Shown in pieces: positions 62,051 through 64,000 of a stretch of 64,000 nt of DNA (within the stretch, counting starts at the first letter, position 1; each line of letters opens with the position of its first letter). The stretch spans positions 401,636,001 to 401,700,000 of the forward strand of contig OZ024741.1 in NCBI GenBank assembly GCA_964016885.1, written 5' to 3'. Made by a program: the position numbers and the translations under genes. This stretch comes from Eledone cirrhosa. Lineage: Eukaryota. Below the pieces are notes generated by a model. It had not been told where the DNA came from, did no database searches, and saw only the letters and a list, made by a program, of their open reading frames with translations.

Positions 62051-64000
62051 TTTTCCCTGTTTCCGTGGATTAGAGTGGTCTATTCCCTGTTACCATGGTT
62101 TGGAGTGGTCTATTCCCTGTTACCATGGTTTGGAGTGGTCTATTCCCTGTTACCATGGTTTGGAGTGGTCTATTCCCTGTTACCATGGTTTGGAGTGGTC
62201 TATTCCTTGGTTACATGGATTAGAGTGGTCTATTCCCTGTTACCATGGTTTGAAGTGGTCTATTCCATGTTACCATGGTTTGGAGTGGTCTATTCCCTGT
62301 TACCATGGTTTGGAGTGGTCTATTCCATGTTTACATGGATTAGAGTGGTCTATTCCTTGTTTACATGGATTAGAGTGGTCTATTCCCTGTTACCATGGTT
62401 TGGAGTGGTCTATTCCATGTTTACATGGTTTGAAGTGGTCTATTCCCTGTTACCATGGTTTGGAGTGGTCTATTCCCTGTTTACATGGTTTGGAGTGGTC
62501 TATTCCCTGTTACCATGGTTTGGAGTGGTCTATTCCCTGTTACCATGGTTTGGAGTGGTCTATTCCCTGTTACCATGGTTTGGAGTGGTCTATTCCATGT
62601 TTACATGGATTAGAGTGGTCTATTCCTTGTTTACATGGATTAGAGTGGTCTATTCCCTGTCTACATGGTTTGGAGTGGTCTATTCCCTGTTACCATGGTT
62701 TGGAGTGGTCTATTCCATGTTACCATGGTTTGGAGTGGTCTATTCCCTGTTACCATGGTTTGGAGTGGTCTATTCCATGTTTACATGGTTTGAAGTGGTC
62801 TATTCCCTGTTACCATGGTTTGGAATGGTCTATTCTCTGTTTACATGGTTTGGAGTGGTCTATTCCCTGTTACCATGGTTTGGAGTGGTCTATTCCCTGT
62901 TACCATGGTTTGGAGTGGTCTATTCCCTGTTACCATGGTTTGGTGTGGTCTATTCCATGTTTACATGGTTTGAAGTGGTCTATTCCCTGTTTACATGGTT
63001 TGGAGTGGTCTATTCCCTGTTACCATGGTTTGGAGTGGTCTATTCCCTGTTACCATGGTTTGGAGTGGTCTATTCCCTGTTACCATGGTTTGGAGTGGTC
63101 TATTCCATGTTTACATGGTTTGAAGTGGTCTATTCCCTGTTACCATGGTTTGGAGTGGTCTATTCCCTGTTTACATGGTTTGGAGTGGTCTATTCCCTGT
63201 TACCATGGTTTGGAGTGGTCTATTCCATGTTTACATGGTTTGGAGTGGTCTATTCCTTGTTTACATGGATTAGAGTGGTCTATTCCCTGTTACCATGGTT
63301 TGGAGTGGTCTATTCCCTGTTACCATGGTTTGGAGTGGTCTATTCCCTGTTACCATGGTTTGGAGTGGTCTATTCCCTGTTACCATGGTTTGGAGTGGTC
63401 TATTCCCTGTTACCATGGTTTGGTGTGGTCTATTCCATGTTTACATGGTTTGAAGTGGTCTATTCCCTGTTTACATGGTTTGGAGTGGTCTATTCCCTGT
63501 TACCATGGTTTGGAGTGGTCTATTCCCTGTTACCATGGTTTGGAGTGGTCTATTCCCTGTTACCATGGTTTGGAGTGGTCTATTCCATGTTTACATGGTT
63601 TGAAGTGGTCTATTCCCTGTTACCATGGTTTGGAGTGGTCTATTCCCTGTTTACATGGTTTGGAGTGGTCTATTCCCTGTTTACATGGATTGGAGTGGTC
63701 TATTCCCTGTTTATATGGATTGGAGTGGTCTATTCCCTGTTACCATGGTTTGGAGTGGTCTATTCCCTGTTACCATGGTTTGGAGTGGTCTATTCCCTGT
63801 TACCATGGTTTGGAGTGGTCTATTCCCTGTTACCATGGTTTGGAGTTGTCTATTCCCTGTTACCATGGTTTGGAGTGGTCTATTCCCTGTTTACATGGTT
63901 TGGAGTGGTCTATTCCATGTTACCATGGTTTGAAGTGGTCTATTCCCTGTTACCATGGTTTGGAGTGGTCTATTCCCTGTTACCATGGTTTGGAGTGGTC
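62051..64000. repeat. Second array of the 30-bp minisatellite (runs off window)
   Basis: Same unit and same left flank as the 47922 array (offset 14,129 bp). Confidence 0.97.

Overview
AT-rich eukaryotic (animal) genomic DNA. The SINE/RTE repertoire suggests a mollusc, probably an octopod cephalopod (inference). The whole window lies inside one large + strand spliced gene whose start and stop are both outside the window. Reading GT-AG junctions by eye gives 44 in-frame exons (~5.7 kb, ~1,890 aa). They encode a chain of ~134-aa Cys-bounded domains resembling divergent discoidin/F5-8 type C (FA58C) domains, joined by Thr/Pro-rich mucin-like micro-exons. There are nine type-I domains; the first 7-8 sit in near-identical ~1.88-kb genomic repeats that include the introns. 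Three type-II domains follow, in which the internal intron sits 15 nt further upstream. The introns contain RTE LINEs (two near full length, with AP endonuclease, RT and an internal PHD-like finger), tRNA-derived SINEs, a Helitron, MITEs, two minimal Penelope-type hammerhead motifs, a 48-bp-arm hairpin and minisatellites. At least two minisatellites appear to derive from LINE 3' ends. Family names come from recognising motifs by eye; no searches were run.
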